Positions 29,788 to 40,035 of a DNA stretch of 64,000 bases are shown piece after piece. Numbering within the stretch: the first letter of the stretch is position 1; each line of letters opens with the position of its first letter. Source of the stretch: Promethearchaeota archaeon (GTDB taxonomy: Archaea; Asgardarchaeota; Lokiarchaeia; Sigyniarchaeales; SOKP01). A model generated the notes under the pieces. The model saw only the letters and a list, made by a program, of their open reading frames with translations, searched no databases and was not told the DNA's origin. Where the stretch lies: NCBI GenBank assembly GCA_048937405.1, contig JBHLNF010000002.1:192001-256000 (forward strand), read 5' to 3'. The position numbers and the translations under genes are program-made.

Positions 29788-31203
29788 TTGTTATTATATT
29801 TAAAAAAATTTCAAATATTTACATACGTGAGAATTTTGGGTGAAAATGAAAAACCTTTATCTCGTGAAGAAATTGAAGAACAAAAGAGATTAGTCGACGA
29901 TCTATATAAGAAAGAAAAGGAAGAAAGAGAAATCTATTTAAAAAGCATAGAAGATGAAAGGAAAAAAGCTTTTGAAGAAGGAAAAGATAAAATTTCAAAT
30001 TTAATTGATGAGAAAGCATTTAGAATTGATCGTCAAAAAGAAACTGTGGGACAACTAAAACAATTGCATCCTGATATTGAGGGTACTGCAGAAAAAATAG
30101 AAAAATCTGTAGGGGAGAAAGCTTTTAGAATAGAAAAACAACGAGAATTAGATGATCAACGTAAAGAAATGCACCCTGATATTGAGGGAACCGCTGGAAA
30201 AATAGAAAAAACCATTGAAGAAAAGGCTTTCCAAATAGCAAAACGGAGGGAATTAGATGAACAACGTAAAAAGATTCATCCTGATTTAGATGGAGTGGGA
30301 GAAAAAATAGAGAAAACTATAGGAGAAAAGGCATTTAGGGTGGAAAAACTGCGAGAACTTGATGAACAACGTAAAAAGATTCATCCTGATTTAGAAGGAG
30401 CGGGAGAAAAAATAGAGAAAACTATAGGAGAAAAGGTATTTAGGGTGGAAAAACTACGAGAACTTGATGTTCAACGTAAAAAGATTCATCCTGATTTAGA
30501 AGGAGTGGGAGAAAAAATAGAGAAAACTATAGGTGAAAAAGCATTCAGGGTGGAAAAACTGCGAGAACTTGATGAACAGCGTGTGAATATACATCCCGAT
30601 CTAGAAGCTACTGGAGAGAAAATTCAGAAATCGATTGGAGAGAAAGCGTTCATGATGAACCGTCAGAAAGATATTATTACCCAAAGAAAAGAATTACATC
30701 CAGATATTGGAGGCACAGCAGAGAAAATAGAAAAATCTGTAGGAGAAAAAGCCTTTATGATTGATCGTCAGAAAGAAATGGTATCACAACGTATTGAATT
30801 ACATCCAGATATTGAAGGCACAGCAGGGAAAATAGAAAAATCTGTAGGAGAAAAAGCCTTTATGATTGATCGTCAGAAAGAAATGGTATCACAACGTATT
30901 GAACTACATCCAGACATTGAAGGAGTAGCAGAGAAAATAGAAAAATCAATAGGAGAGAAAGCGTTTATAAGTGATCGAAAAAAGGAAAGTGCATTTCAAC
31001 GAAAAGAACTTCATCCTGATATTGAAGGAACCAGTAAAAAAATTACTACTACAATAGAAAAACAAGTAGAACAAATTGAAGAGCAACGCAAACTTGAGGC
31101 TCATCAATTTGATATCAAAAAAGAAGCTAAAAATATTGTTGAAAAATTTAAATCTGAGGTTGATAAAATAAAAAATGATGATGATAAACAAAATAACACT
31201 TAA
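29788..31203 (+). CDS. Tandem-repeat protein (10 x 35 aa HPD repeats); true start probably TTG at 29836
   Basis: Unit HPD(I/L)EG.(A/G)EKIEK(S/T)(I/V)GEKAF...(R/K)QRE...QR.E(L/I). Confidence 0.85.
   Translation: MLLYLKKFQIFTYVRILGENEKPLSREEIEEQKRLVDDLYKKEKEEREIYLKSIEDERKKAFEEGKDKISNLIDEKAFRIDRQKETVGQLKQLHPDIEGTAEKIEKSVGEKAFRIEKQRELDDQRKEMHPDIEGTAGKIEKTIEEKAFQIAKRRELDEQRKKIHPDLDGVGEKIEKTIGEKAFRVEKLRELDEQRKKIHPDLEGAGEKIEKTIGEKVFRVEKLRELDVQRKKIHPDLEGVGEKIEKTIGEKAFRVEKLRELDEQRVNIHPDLEATGEKIQKSIGEKAFMMNRQKDIITQRKELHPDIGGTAEKIEKSVGEKAFMIDRQKEMVSQRIELHPDIEGTAGKIEKSVGEKAFMIDRQKEMVSQRIELHPDIEGVAEKIEKSIGEKAFISDRKKESAFQRKELHPDIEGTSKKITTTIEKQVEQIEEQRKLEAHQFDIKKEAKNIVEKFKSEVDKIKNDDDKQNNT
30067..31060 (+). 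repeat. Coding tandem repeat, 105-nt period
   Basis: HPD codons begin at 30067, 30172, 30277 ... 31012, exactly 105 nt apart. Confidence 0.9.
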
Positions 31204-31207
31204 TTGT

Positions 31208-31705
31208 CTAAATATGGATGTTAAATCTAAATAAGGAGTTTAAATTCATACTTTCCAATCTTTTTTTATAGTTTAATACTGAAGGATCTACTTCTCCATT
31301 AAAATTATTTATAAAATTTTTAAACCGGAGATAGAAATCATCCACAATCTCTCGCATAATACCTCTTTCAATTTGTAGATTTGTCTTTTTCGTAATCCCA
31401 ATCGCTAAAAGTCTACCTTCTCTTTGATATAAAATTCTTGTCCCTCTAAAATTAATTTCCTGAATTTCTTCATTACTTCCTATATTTACCTCATTTATAA
31501 ATAAATTAATCGCATTTAGAAAGCTGCATATTAAGTCATCTTTTAAAAAATTTAAACCATCAGAATATCTATTACTTACGAGTAAAGCTCCTGATTCATA
31601 GTCAATGAAGTAAATTGCATGAAATCTACACTCTTGAGACTTATATCTATCAAATTCAAATCCAAATTTAGTTCCAATATCATTATAATTATTTTGAAAA
31701 TCCAT
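31208..31705 (-). CDS. Longin-like domain protein
   Basis: IYFIDYESGALLV...DLICSFLNAINLFINEV...IQEINF....ILY...IVDDFYLRF pattern typical of Asgard longin-like proteins. Confidence 0.65.
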   Translation of the reverse strand: MDFQNNYNDIGTKFGFEFDRYKSQECRFHAIYFIDYESGALLVSNRYSDGLNFLKDDLICSFLNAINLFINEVNIGSNEEIQEINFRGTRILYQREGRLLAIGITKKTNLQIERGIMREIVDDFYLRFKNFINNFNGEVDPSVLNYKKRLESMNLNSLFRFNIHI

Positions 31706-31964
31706 TATTTCATCCTAAAATTAAAAAAGTATTTTATGGAGATATTATGTATTGAAAATTAGATTTATATATAAAATATAAATGTTATACTAGTATTATG
31801 GGAGTATCACCAAAGATACAATCCTGTATAATCTTTTTAATTTAGAATAAATCAAAAGCAAATAAAATTCGTTTCATTTAAAGAATAAAAAAATGAATAA
31901 AATAAAAAAGCAAAAAACTTTATATATCCTTACTCAAATATAACTTTTAATTACCATAAGGTTT

Positions 31965-32438
31965 TTGATTATTATGGAACCAGACAAAAGTACTCAAAAA
32001 AATAAAATTTCTATAGGTCTGATTATAGATAGTAATGAACTTAATAATAACCCCATTTTTCCAACAGAAATTAAAGAAGAACTATTAGAATCCCCCTATT
32101 ATTTATTAATTTTCATTTCTCGAGAAGATGTTGTTAAAATAAGTTGCTTTCCAACAAAAAAAAGAAATATTAAAAAAATTCTTGTAAAATTAAAAGAATT
32201 TTCACCAGATCTAGTCAAGGGAATATCTAACGTATTAAATGAATTAAATTTAAGCAAGGAAATTCTACATACTACGGGTTTGTGTTATGAAATGGAGAAA
32301 TGTTTTTATGAGACATACCTTATTGGAGATCTTATAGATTCCGGGGAATTAACGATAGATAAAATAAGGGAGAAATTTATGGCCGTTGCAAATGTATTGA
32401 AAGTACTAATCGAAGATATTCCATCTCTCACGGAATAA
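31965..32438 (+). CDS. Hypothetical protein (possible ACT-like C-terminal domain)
   Basis: ILHTTGLC....CFYETY. Confidence 0.6.
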   Translation: MIIMEPDKSTQKNKISIGLIIDSNELNNNPIFPTEIKEELLESPYYLLIFISREDVVKISCFPTKKRNIKKILVKLKEFSPDLVKGISNVLNELNLSKEILHTTGLCYEMEKCFYETYLIGDLIDSGELTIDKIREKFMAVANVLKVLIEDIPSLTE

Positions 32439-32520
32439 AAAACTTATTAGCTAACAAACTGTAATTTATTATTTTAAAAATTTTAATAGAATTTTACTTA
32501 TTAGTAACTTTTTTGCTTTT

Positions 32521-32727
32521 ATGAATGATAAAAAAATACCTCCCCTACCTGTATTACCACCATCAATGACAATAAAAGAAAACTTCTGTCTTTTTCATAA
32601 GGGGATTATTCAAGGTGATATTTATTCATGTCCTAAATGTAAAACCAAATATTGTTTGGAATGTGCTAAAAAAGCAAAATTAGAAGGAAAATTATGTATT
32701 AAGTGCAAGCAATTAATTATTCTATAG
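32521..32727 (+). CDS. Small RING-like zinc-finger protein
   Basis: CLFH-x9-CPKC-x4-CLEC-x10-CIKC: eight potential ligands. Confidence 0.65.
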   Translation: MNDKKIPPLPVLPPSMTIKENFCLFHKGIIQGDIYSCPKCKTKYCLECAKKAKLEGKLCIKCKQLIIL

Positions 32728-32772
32728 AAGATTGTTTACAAACAAGATTTTGAAAGTTAAATTTTGTCATCC

Positions 32773-33165
32773 TTAAGTTTGCTTAATTGAGGAAATTGAT
32801 CTCCAACCCATCCAGAATATTATCCATAAAATGACAAAAATAAAAATTGATGTAAAAAAGGTGTACCATCCAATAAAGAGATCTCCATAAGGAGGCCTAA
32901 GAAATGAAAATGGAATCCCTGCAACTGCAAATCCTACAAGATATCCATACCCCCAATATCGGTTCTTTAGCGCAATAATAACAGTAGGAATGATTGTAGT
33001 AAAAATTATCGTGAGATATGACAAGATCTCCATTGAGTCTAATATAAGCAACATATTTATCCATGAAGTAATAAAACCTATAATTACGCAGATTATAGTT
33101 CCAATATCAATTTTAAATTCTGGTTCTGGTCTTCCTACCGTTTGTTCTTTTGTTTTGTCAGACAT
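32773..33165 (-). CDS. Hypothetical 4-TM membrane protein
   Basis: Hydrophobic segments. Confidence 0.7.
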   Translation of the reverse strand: MSDKTKEQTVGRPEPEFKIDIGTIICVIIGFITSWINMLLILDSMEILSYLTIIFTTIIPTVIIALKNRYWGYGYLVGFAVAGIPFSFLRPPYGDLFIGWYTFFTSIFIFVILWIIFWMGWRSISSIKQT

Positions 33166-33394
33166 AATTGATTTATTTATCTTATAAAATTGATTACAAA
33201 TTACTAGTTTTTATTTTAATATCTTTGTACCCTGAATATAATAAAATTATTTAAGTGGTCATCATAATGATTTTATTTATAAACACTTAATGATATATTA
33301 ATGTTAAGATAGAAATTTAAATTTAATAACCATATTAAATATCAAACAAAAACATCAAAATTTGAAATCAACAATTTAAAAGATAATAAAACAA

Positions 33395-33514
33395 TGACTC
33401 CTGCCTACACCCTGGATTTTTGTCTTTTGGTAGTGTAATTCTTACACTCTGATTTCGCCCTCCTCCCCCTATTTTATTTTTGACGCTTATTTGCGTCGCG
33501 TAGGGCAGGAGTCA
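33395..33514. ncRNA. Unidentified 120-nt structured element (candidate ncRNA or MITE-like)
   Basis: Terminal IR TGACTCCTGCC/GGCAGGAGTCA plus two internal hairpins; GC-rich island in a very AT-rich intergenic region. Confidence 0.55.
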
Positions 33515-33908
33515 CCCTTTAAAACCCTAAATATGATATCTTCATCTGCATATTGAAATAATTCAAAAGATCAAAACTAAAAAAAGTTATAAAATCAATT
33601 AAAACAAAATTATTGTTTTTGATAAAAATTTATTAATCTAATCATTTAAAAATAGCAAAATTAATGCATATATCATACTTTGCGCTTATTAAAATTTCCC
33701 CTTTAAAGTGAATGGTAATGTAATTTATATAATTACATTAAATATGAAATTATATTACTATTTTTATTAAAATATCGTGGTTTTTTTAATAATATCGATA
33801 ATATTATAGATATTATTAAAATATTTAAATCATTTAAAAGGTTAATTAGTAAAATAATTATTTAATAAAACATTTATCTAATTAAAAAAGAATAGTGTAA
33901 ATATTCTT

Positions 33909-35639
33909 ATGACTGAATTAGACATTCAATCTGCTCATAGGGAAGATGTTGAGATAATCCGAACAACTACGAGCATTTGTCCTGAATGTATGAAACATCT
34001 TCGAGCAGAAATATATGTAGATCCTGAAACGAACTGGGTTATGATGCGAAAAAACTGTAAGGATCATGGAGAATTTAAAGATAAGATTTCAATCAATCCT
34101 GACGAATATAAATGGCAACAGAATATTACAGACGAAGTTGGCTCTACTGTAAATAATTCTACTCAACCCGAATATACATCCTCTGGAATTAAAGAAATAA
34201 ATAAGGGTTGTCCATATGATTGTGGTTTATGTGCTAATCATAAGAGTGCTCCAAATATTTGCTTAATTGATATCACAAATCGCTGCAATCTAGCGTGTCC
34301 TATTTGTTTTGCTAATGCAAGCGCAAAAGGTTATGTAGTAGAACCTACCTTCGAAGAAATAGTACAAATTATGGAACATTTCAGATCAATAAAACCTATC
34401 CCCGCAGTTTTACTCCAAATATCAGGAGGAGAACCTACAGTTAGAGATGATCTCCCCGATATTATTCGTAAAGGACATGAACTAGGTTTTACTGAAATTA
34501 TGGTCACCACTAATGGTGTTCGATTTGGAAAATCCATAGATTTTATGAAAGAATGTTGGGATGCTGGAATGGATGCGTTATACCTACAATTTGACGCTAC
34601 TGATAATCCAGAAATATGGAAAAAGATCAGGGGTGTTAACTTATGGCCACTTAAAAAACGAGTTATTGAAAACGCTCGAAAAATGGGATTCTATGGCGTT
34701 ATGTTAGTCCCTGTAATTGCAAAGGGAGTAAATGATCATGAAATTGGGAAAATTTTAGAATTTGCTAAAAATAACTGTGATGTAGTATCAGGTGTTGTAT
34801 TCCAACCAGTTTCATTAACTGGACGTATTAGTTTCGAAGAATTAATGGATATAAGATATACTACTTCTGATTTAAAACAAGCAATTAATAAATACACTAA
34901 TGGATCTGTTACCCAATTTTATCCTATTGCATTTACATCGAAATTTACCAGACTGCTAGCATGGTTTGATGATGTTCCACAATTCAGTATGACAAGTCAT
35001 AGCGATTGCGGTTTTGCAACTATATGTGTCATCAATGATAAGGATGAATGGGAACCAATCGAACACTTCTTTGATGCTGAAGGATTGATTCGATGGACAA
35101 ATCATGTGTGGGATATGGTTCAAAAACAGGAAATTCCAAAACCTACTGGATTATTGAAAGGTATCAACCTAGAGGATTTTGGGCAGATTGCTTCTAAAAT
35201 TGGAAATTTTGTTGATGACATGACCAATTTAGGTTATCGACAAATTATGAAAACATATTACTTTGCGGGAGCAGCAAAATATATTAAAGATCCCCAAAAA
35301 ATTTTTACTAGTAAAACATATCAAGCATTTGCTCGTTTAGTAATGGCACCAAATTTAGCATCAGCAGGGAAATTCTTTCACGATCGAAATCTAATGATCA
35401 GCTCAATGCATTTTCAGGATGCATATAATTTTGACCTCGACAGAGTATGTAGATGCCTTGTTCATTACGGTGTTATCGATCCGGATGATCCTAGTAAAGT
35501 ACGCGAAATTCCTTTCTGCGCCCATAATACATTACATCGTCCTATTATAGAACGACAGCTTGCGATTAAAGGCCAAACAGCTAAAAAACCTGAAGAGATT
35601 CAGGCCGAAATAGAAGAATTATTAAAAACAATGGAATAA
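33909..35639 (+). CDS. tes: Tetraether lipid synthase (Tes/GDGT-MAS) family radical SAM enzyme
   Basis: TTTSICPEC..CKDHG rubredoxin-like site, GCPYDCGLC..H, TNRCNLACPICFA, SGGEPT, MHFQDAYNFD..RV.RC, IPFC. Confidence 0.85.
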   Translation: MTELDIQSAHREDVEIIRTTTSICPECMKHLRAEIYVDPETNWVMMRKNCKDHGEFKDKISINPDEYKWQQNITDEVGSTVNNSTQPEYTSSGIKEINKGCPYDCGLCANHKSAPNICLIDITNRCNLACPICFANASAKGYVVEPTFEEIVQIMEHFRSIKPIPAVLLQISGGEPTVRDDLPDIIRKGHELGFTEIMVTTNGVRFGKSIDFMKECWDAGMDALYLQFDATDNPEIWKKIRGVNLWPLKKRVIENARKMGFYGVMLVPVIAKGVNDHEIGKILEFAKNNCDVVSGVVFQPVSLTGRISFEELMDIRYTTSDLKQAINKYTNGSVTQFYPIAFTSKFTRLLAWFDDVPQFSMTSHSDCGFATICVINDKDEWEPIEHFFDAEGLIRWTNHVWDMVQKQEIPKPTGLLKGINLEDFGQIASKIGNFVDDMTNLGYRQIMKTYYFAGAAKYIKDPQKIFTSKTYQAFARLVMAPNLASAGKFFHDRNLMISSMHFQDAYNFDLDRVCRCLVHYGVIDPDDPSKVREIPFCAHNTLHRPIIERQLAIKGQTAKKPEEIQAEIEELLKTME

Positions 35640-35810
35640 TCTTTTATTTTGCTCTTTTTTTTCGTTTAGAAGTTATTTAAGCTTCCTTTTTTAGAAATAA
35701 AATTATTTTTAAAAATTACCTAACCTATTTAATTAATTTATTTCTTTTTTTTTCTTAAGTAATATATTCATTTTTTATTTTAAATAACAATCAAAAAGAA
35801 ATTGTGATTA

Positions 35811-36854
35811 TTGATTATGTTTTATGAAGGAAAATGTACTCTCTGTGGAGAATGCTTGTCGAAATGTTATTATTTATCATATCCGGAGGTAAAAGCTAAG
35901 TCGGAGTTTGAAAAGTTGATAAAAGGCGAAGATAGCTCAGTGACTAGGGAATGTGTCACATGTATAAGGTGCAATGACATCTGTCCTGAAAATGCAAATC
36001 CATTTGATTTGATATCTAAGAGACAAGAAGAAACTGGAACATTTCCCTTTAATAAGGATCGACTAGTAAATTATGATATGGTTAGAAAGATACCTTCAAG
36101 GATAACTAAAGGTGATCCAGGAAAGCCTGTAATGGGGCTTGCCTTAATTCAGAAGGCTCGTTTACCAGGAGTGTTGGAAGGACAACTTTTTGAGGGACTA
36201 ACTACTTTATCAGGAGGAGATTATTTTTCCTGGGTCGGTAATGTTCATATTGGAAGACAAAGTTTGGTTAATAAAGAAAATGTTCAAAATCTAGTGGATA
36301 ATTATGCAAAACTCAATGTTGAAGAAATTATTTTTTATCATGAAGAATGCTATGCGGTGGTAACTTATTTTGCAAAAGAATTCAATATTGATGTACCTTT
36401 TAGACCAATTCACATTTACGAATATTTAAAAGATTATGTGAAAGAGCATTCAGATCAAGTTAAAAAACTAAATATGAAAGTTGCCTACCATCCCCCATGT
36501 TCCTCTAGATATGTCAATGGAATGGATGAAGTTTTAGATGAGCTTTTTGAATTAATAGGAGTTGAGAGAGTAAAGCGAAAATATGACAGAGAAGGAGCTT
36601 TATGTTGTGGATCGGTTCAATCAGCAATGGATACTGTTTCTAAAGAAGAAGAGCATGAATGGAGAATGAAAAATATTATGGACGCAAAGGAGGCAGGAGC
36701 TGAAGCTTTTGTTCTATTATGTCCTGTATGTATTCCTGGTCTTAGAGGCAGAGCAAAAGCACAGGGAATGGAACCCTATATTCTAAGTAACCTCGTGCGT
36801 TTGGCTTTAGGTGAGGAACTCACCCATGGAGGAGCAGCAAAGAAATTTGATTAA
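35811..36854 (+). CDS. Fe-S oxidoreductase with ferredoxin-like and CCG domains (HdrD/GlpC-like)
   Basis: CTLCGECLSKC, CVTCIRCNDICP, YHPPC, LCCG, CPVC. Confidence 0.85.
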   Translation: MIMFYEGKCTLCGECLSKCYYLSYPEVKAKSEFEKLIKGEDSSVTRECVTCIRCNDICPENANPFDLISKRQEETGTFPFNKDRLVNYDMVRKIPSRITKGDPGKPVMGLALIQKARLPGVLEGQLFEGLTTLSGGDYFSWVGNVHIGRQSLVNKENVQNLVDNYAKLNVEEIIFYHEECYAVVTYFAKEFNIDVPFRPIHIYEYLKDYVKEHSDQVKKLNMKVAYHPPCSSRYVNGMDEVLDELFELIGVERVKRKYDREGALCCGSVQSAMDTVSKEEEHEWRMKNIMDAKEAGAEAFVLLCPVCIPGLRGRAKAQGMEPYILSNLVRLALGEELTHGGAAKKFD

Positions 36855-37050
36855 AACAATTTGAAAAAGAAATTTTGCTAAAATAAATGCAAATTTTATG
36901 AAGACAAAAAATAACTATAAAATTCTCTTTTTTCTTATAATTTTACATTAGTTTTCAAGCAATTTATTGTTGGAAACTATTTTTTTTTTATCCAATTAAA
37001 AATCTGTAAGTTAGCAAAATTTTAATTTTCAATTACTTTTTAACCCAAAA

Positions 37051-37833
37051 TTAGACAAGTTCTTCTTTTAGTTTAATTAAGTATCTTAGAGCTTTTAAGC
37101 CTTCAATCGTAATCATATATTTTCTTTTCTCTTGCAATACATATCCTGCTTTAATAAGTTTTTCTATATGGAAGATTAAATGTCCCGCTTTAATACCTAT
37201 ATCTTTTTCTAATTGACTATAGGTTTTCCCACCATTTCTTAAATTCTTTAAGATTTTAAGCCTTATTACATTTGATAATGGAGTTAGGATTCTATTGATT
37301 TCATCCTCTATTCCATCTTTGAAATTTAGGTCATCATTTAGGGAAATAAGTTCTTCGGTATATATTTTGATATTTTCCTGTGCTGTGGTAATTAAATCTT
37401 TCAAAGTTGAATAAATTTGCATAGAATTACTTAAACAATCCTTATTACATTTTTTTTTATAAAATTTGTAATCTGAAGTTTTAAGATATGAATCAAGTAA
37501 ATTTATTGCTTTATTAGGGCCTTGGTCATTATAAACTTGTAAGACTTTGTAAATACCTCCTTCTAATAACCTTACACATAGGTTTATTCTTTCACATTCT
37601 GGATCTTTATTGTCTAAGAAATGTATCATACCTTTTTGAGCTGCAAAAGTTAATTTAGAAAAGTATTGATCTTTTGTATTTGCTTTTATTAAGATTTCTA
37701 ATTCCCTTTTCATCTGTAAAATTATATCTTGCAAGAAATCGAACTTTTTCTCTATATTATCTAATTTATTCTCAATCAGAGTTAAATCATTCATTTTTTT
37801 TGTAGTTGTTATTTTTTTTCTTAAATTTTTCAA
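37051..37833 (-). CDS. ArsR-like winged-helix regulator (C-terminal wHTH)
   Basis: PLSNVIRLKILKNL..GGKTYSQL....GHLIFHIEKL. Confidence 0.8.
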   Translation of the reverse strand: MKNLRKKITTTKKMNDLTLIENKLDNIEKKFDFLQDIILQMKRELEILIKANTKDQYFSKLTFAAQKGMIHFLDNKDPECERINLCVRLLEGGIYKVLQVYNDQGPNKAINLLDSYLKTSDYKFYKKKCNKDCLSNSMQIYSTLKDLITTAQENIKIYTEELISLNDDLNFKDGIEDEINRILTPLSNVIRLKILKNLRNGGKTYSQLEKDIGIKAGHLIFHIEKLIKAGYVLQEKRKYMITIEGLKALRYLIKLKEELV

Positions 37834-37965
37834 ATCATCTTTTAAACTATATTAATCTATACTTACTTAATAATCTATAGAAAAATATAGGAGAAACTTA
37901 ACTTTTATATAGAAAATTAAATTATGAGGATTATAATAGTAGAACTCTCAATCATGGGAAATTAG

Positions 37966-38691
37966 ATGAATAATTTTAAATATATTAAATTGGAAAGAAA
38001 AGGTAAAATTTGTATTTGTATACTAAATCGTCCTGAAAAGAAAAATGCTTTAAGTGAAGCTCTCAGAACAGAAATTCTTACTGCATTAGATGACCTCAGA
38101 GAAGATGACCGTATTTCAACAGTAATATTCTATGGAGGTAAGGAATTTTTCTCTACTGGTTTTGATAAAGATGAAGTTCAAGAAGCAATATTAGATCCTG
38201 AAAAAACTCAACGATTAAAAGACACATCACTTCTCTTTCATAAAAAATTTTTTGAATATCCAAAATTAACCATAGCAGCAATTTCAGGTTATGCTCTTGG
38301 TGGTGGTTTTGATCTAGCCATACTCTGTCACCTTCGAGTTGCTTCAAAAACAGCGATTTTCGGTCACCCGGAAATAGGATTTGGGGCGGTACCATTATTC
38401 TTTTCTTACATGTCTCTTATAGGGCGTGGAAAGGCTTTAGAACTAGTACTGAATACTACTCGAAAAGAGAATTTTATTGATGCTGAAGAAGCTTATCATT
38501 TGAATATAATTAATAAATTGGTAGAACCCGAAAATGTCCTTAATGAGGCAATAAATATGGCAAAACAAATCCATAAATCTCCAAAATTAGCGGTATCTAG
38601 CTTATTAAAAGTGAATAATGCTTTTTTTGACCAATATAAAGCATATGAGAATGAAGTTGATGTTATTGTTAGTAATATGATAAAAAAATAG
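37966..38691 (+). CDS. Enoyl-CoA hydratase/isomerase family
   Basis: LNRPEKKNAL, FSTGFD, GYALGGG, FGHPE. Confidence 0.9.
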   Translation: MNNFKYIKLERKGKICICILNRPEKKNALSEALRTEILTALDDLREDDRISTVIFYGGKEFFSTGFDKDEVQEAILDPEKTQRLKDTSLLFHKKFFEYPKLTIAAISGYALGGGFDLAILCHLRVASKTAIFGHPEIGFGAVPLFFSYMSLIGRGKALELVLNTTRKENFIDAEEAYHLNIINKLVEPENVLNEAINMAKQIHKSPKLAVSSLLKVNNAFFDQYKAYENEVDVIVSNMIKK

Positions 38692-38724
38692 TAATAAAAA
38701 TATATAAAACTTAAAGGTGTTTAT

Positions 38725-39177
38725 TTGGTAAAGGAAAATATGAGCCTAAAAGATCCAATTTCTCTTATGCAAGGACATTTGGGATATAGTAACGAAGAGA
38801 TGAAAATTTTTCTTAAAGATCCAAGAATAAAAACAACTCTCAAACAATCATTCGCGCTATTAAACAAAACTTTTGTGGTAGAAGTTATTAAATCACATGG
38901 ATGTAATTCTCAGCATAAATCAGGAGATAAATTTTATTTTGACGGTGTAGGGAATCTTCTTACTAAACTAAACCCTAAAAAAATATGCATTTATGCATTA
39001 AGTCAAATTGAAAGGTTAATATTTGGAGCGCATGAACTTTTTTTTGCAAATCAAGATCCAAATGATATGAAAATAAAAAGGGTAGGATGTTTCGATGTTG
39101 GTCTGAAATGTGGAGGTTGGGGACGAATCATTATGGAAATTAAAATGATAGATAGAAAAGCTCTTAAAAAGATATAA
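38725..39177 (+). CDS. Small Cys-containing protein (TIGR04076-like)
   Basis: EVIKSHGCNSQHKSGD, ICIYAL, GCFDVGLKCGGWG. Confidence 0.7.
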   Translation: MVKENMSLKDPISLMQGHLGYSNEEMKIFLKDPRIKTTLKQSFALLNKTFVVEVIKSHGCNSQHKSGDKFYFDGVGNLLTKLNPKKICIYALSQIERLIFGAHELFFANQDPNDMKIKRVGCFDVGLKCGGWGRIIMEIKMIDRKALKKI

Positions 39178-39456
39178 AAGACATCTATAAATCTATAGCG
39201 CTATAAAATTAGTAGGTATTTTGAGTCATCATTACATTTTATATACCCTAAAAAACTCTCCCTATTTAAAGAAAAATACATATAGTGATTGCCGAAGTTT
39301 TTCCTTTAAATGTTTTCTTAGTGAGCCTTAAAATAAGTCAAAAAAACTACTGGAGTGTATGAATTTAAAATTGTATTTAAATTTTTGACAATAAAATCTT
39401 AAAAATGGTTTAAAATTTTTTAAAAATGAAAAAAAAAAGGTTTATAACTAGATTTT

Positions 39457-39837
39457 TTACCTATTAGAAAAATGATTTTTATAATATTGTAGACCATCTT
39501 TCAATGCAATATCAATGTTTTGTTTTTCCTCATCTGTCATTACAAGTCTTTTGAGATAAAAACCTAATCTCTCTACTATAAAAAATCCAATTTTTTTTAT
39601 TCGATCTTCTGATGTCATGTTCAATGCATCAGTAAAATAATGTTTGTTTTCCTTCTGCCAATCCATTACAGCACGGTATATAAATCCACGCATCGCCAGC
39701 TCTGACATGTTGATAAATTTACACATCATTTCAGCTTCAGTAATAATTATCTTCCTTTGAAAGCTATCCATTTTTGCTTTTGAAAAATCAGATTCTGCTT
39801 TTTCTAATTCAATTTTGTTAAATTCTATAGATGTCAT
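39457..39837 (-). CDS. Hypothetical protein
   Basis: 126-aa ORF. Confidence 0.65.
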   Translation of the reverse strand: MTSIEFNKIELEKAESDFSKAKMDSFQRKIIITEAEMMCKFINMSELAMRGFIYRAVMDWQKENKHYFTDALNMTSEDRIKKIGFFIVERLGFYLKRLVMTDEEKQNIDIALKDGLQYYKNHFSNR

Positions 39838-40035
39838 TTTTTTACACTTTTTTCTTTTTTTTACACTTTTTTCTTTTTTTTTGTAAAAAAATAAAAATAA
39901 TTATCATATTTAAACTTTTGAAAAAAGAAAATCAGTATTCTAAAGGTAATTTTTTGGAAATTTAGGTAAAAAAAAAGGAAAAAAATATAGAATTTATTTG
40001 ACTCATTCATTTATTCAATGAAATTAAGATATCTT

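Noticed and set aside
30067-31060. Regular repeats as a CRISPR array
   Set aside because: In-frame 105-nt coding repeats with no unique spacers and no cas genes
33395-33514. Structured element as tRNA or SECIS
   Set aside because: No T-loop or D-loop consensus or anticodon arm; ATGA is Watson-Crick paired rather than forming tandem GA pairs; not 3' of a UGA-containing gene
39836-39882. Short direct repeat TTTTTTACACTTTTTTCTTTTTT x2
   Set aside because: Low-complexity slippage or assembly duplication of the region just before a start codon
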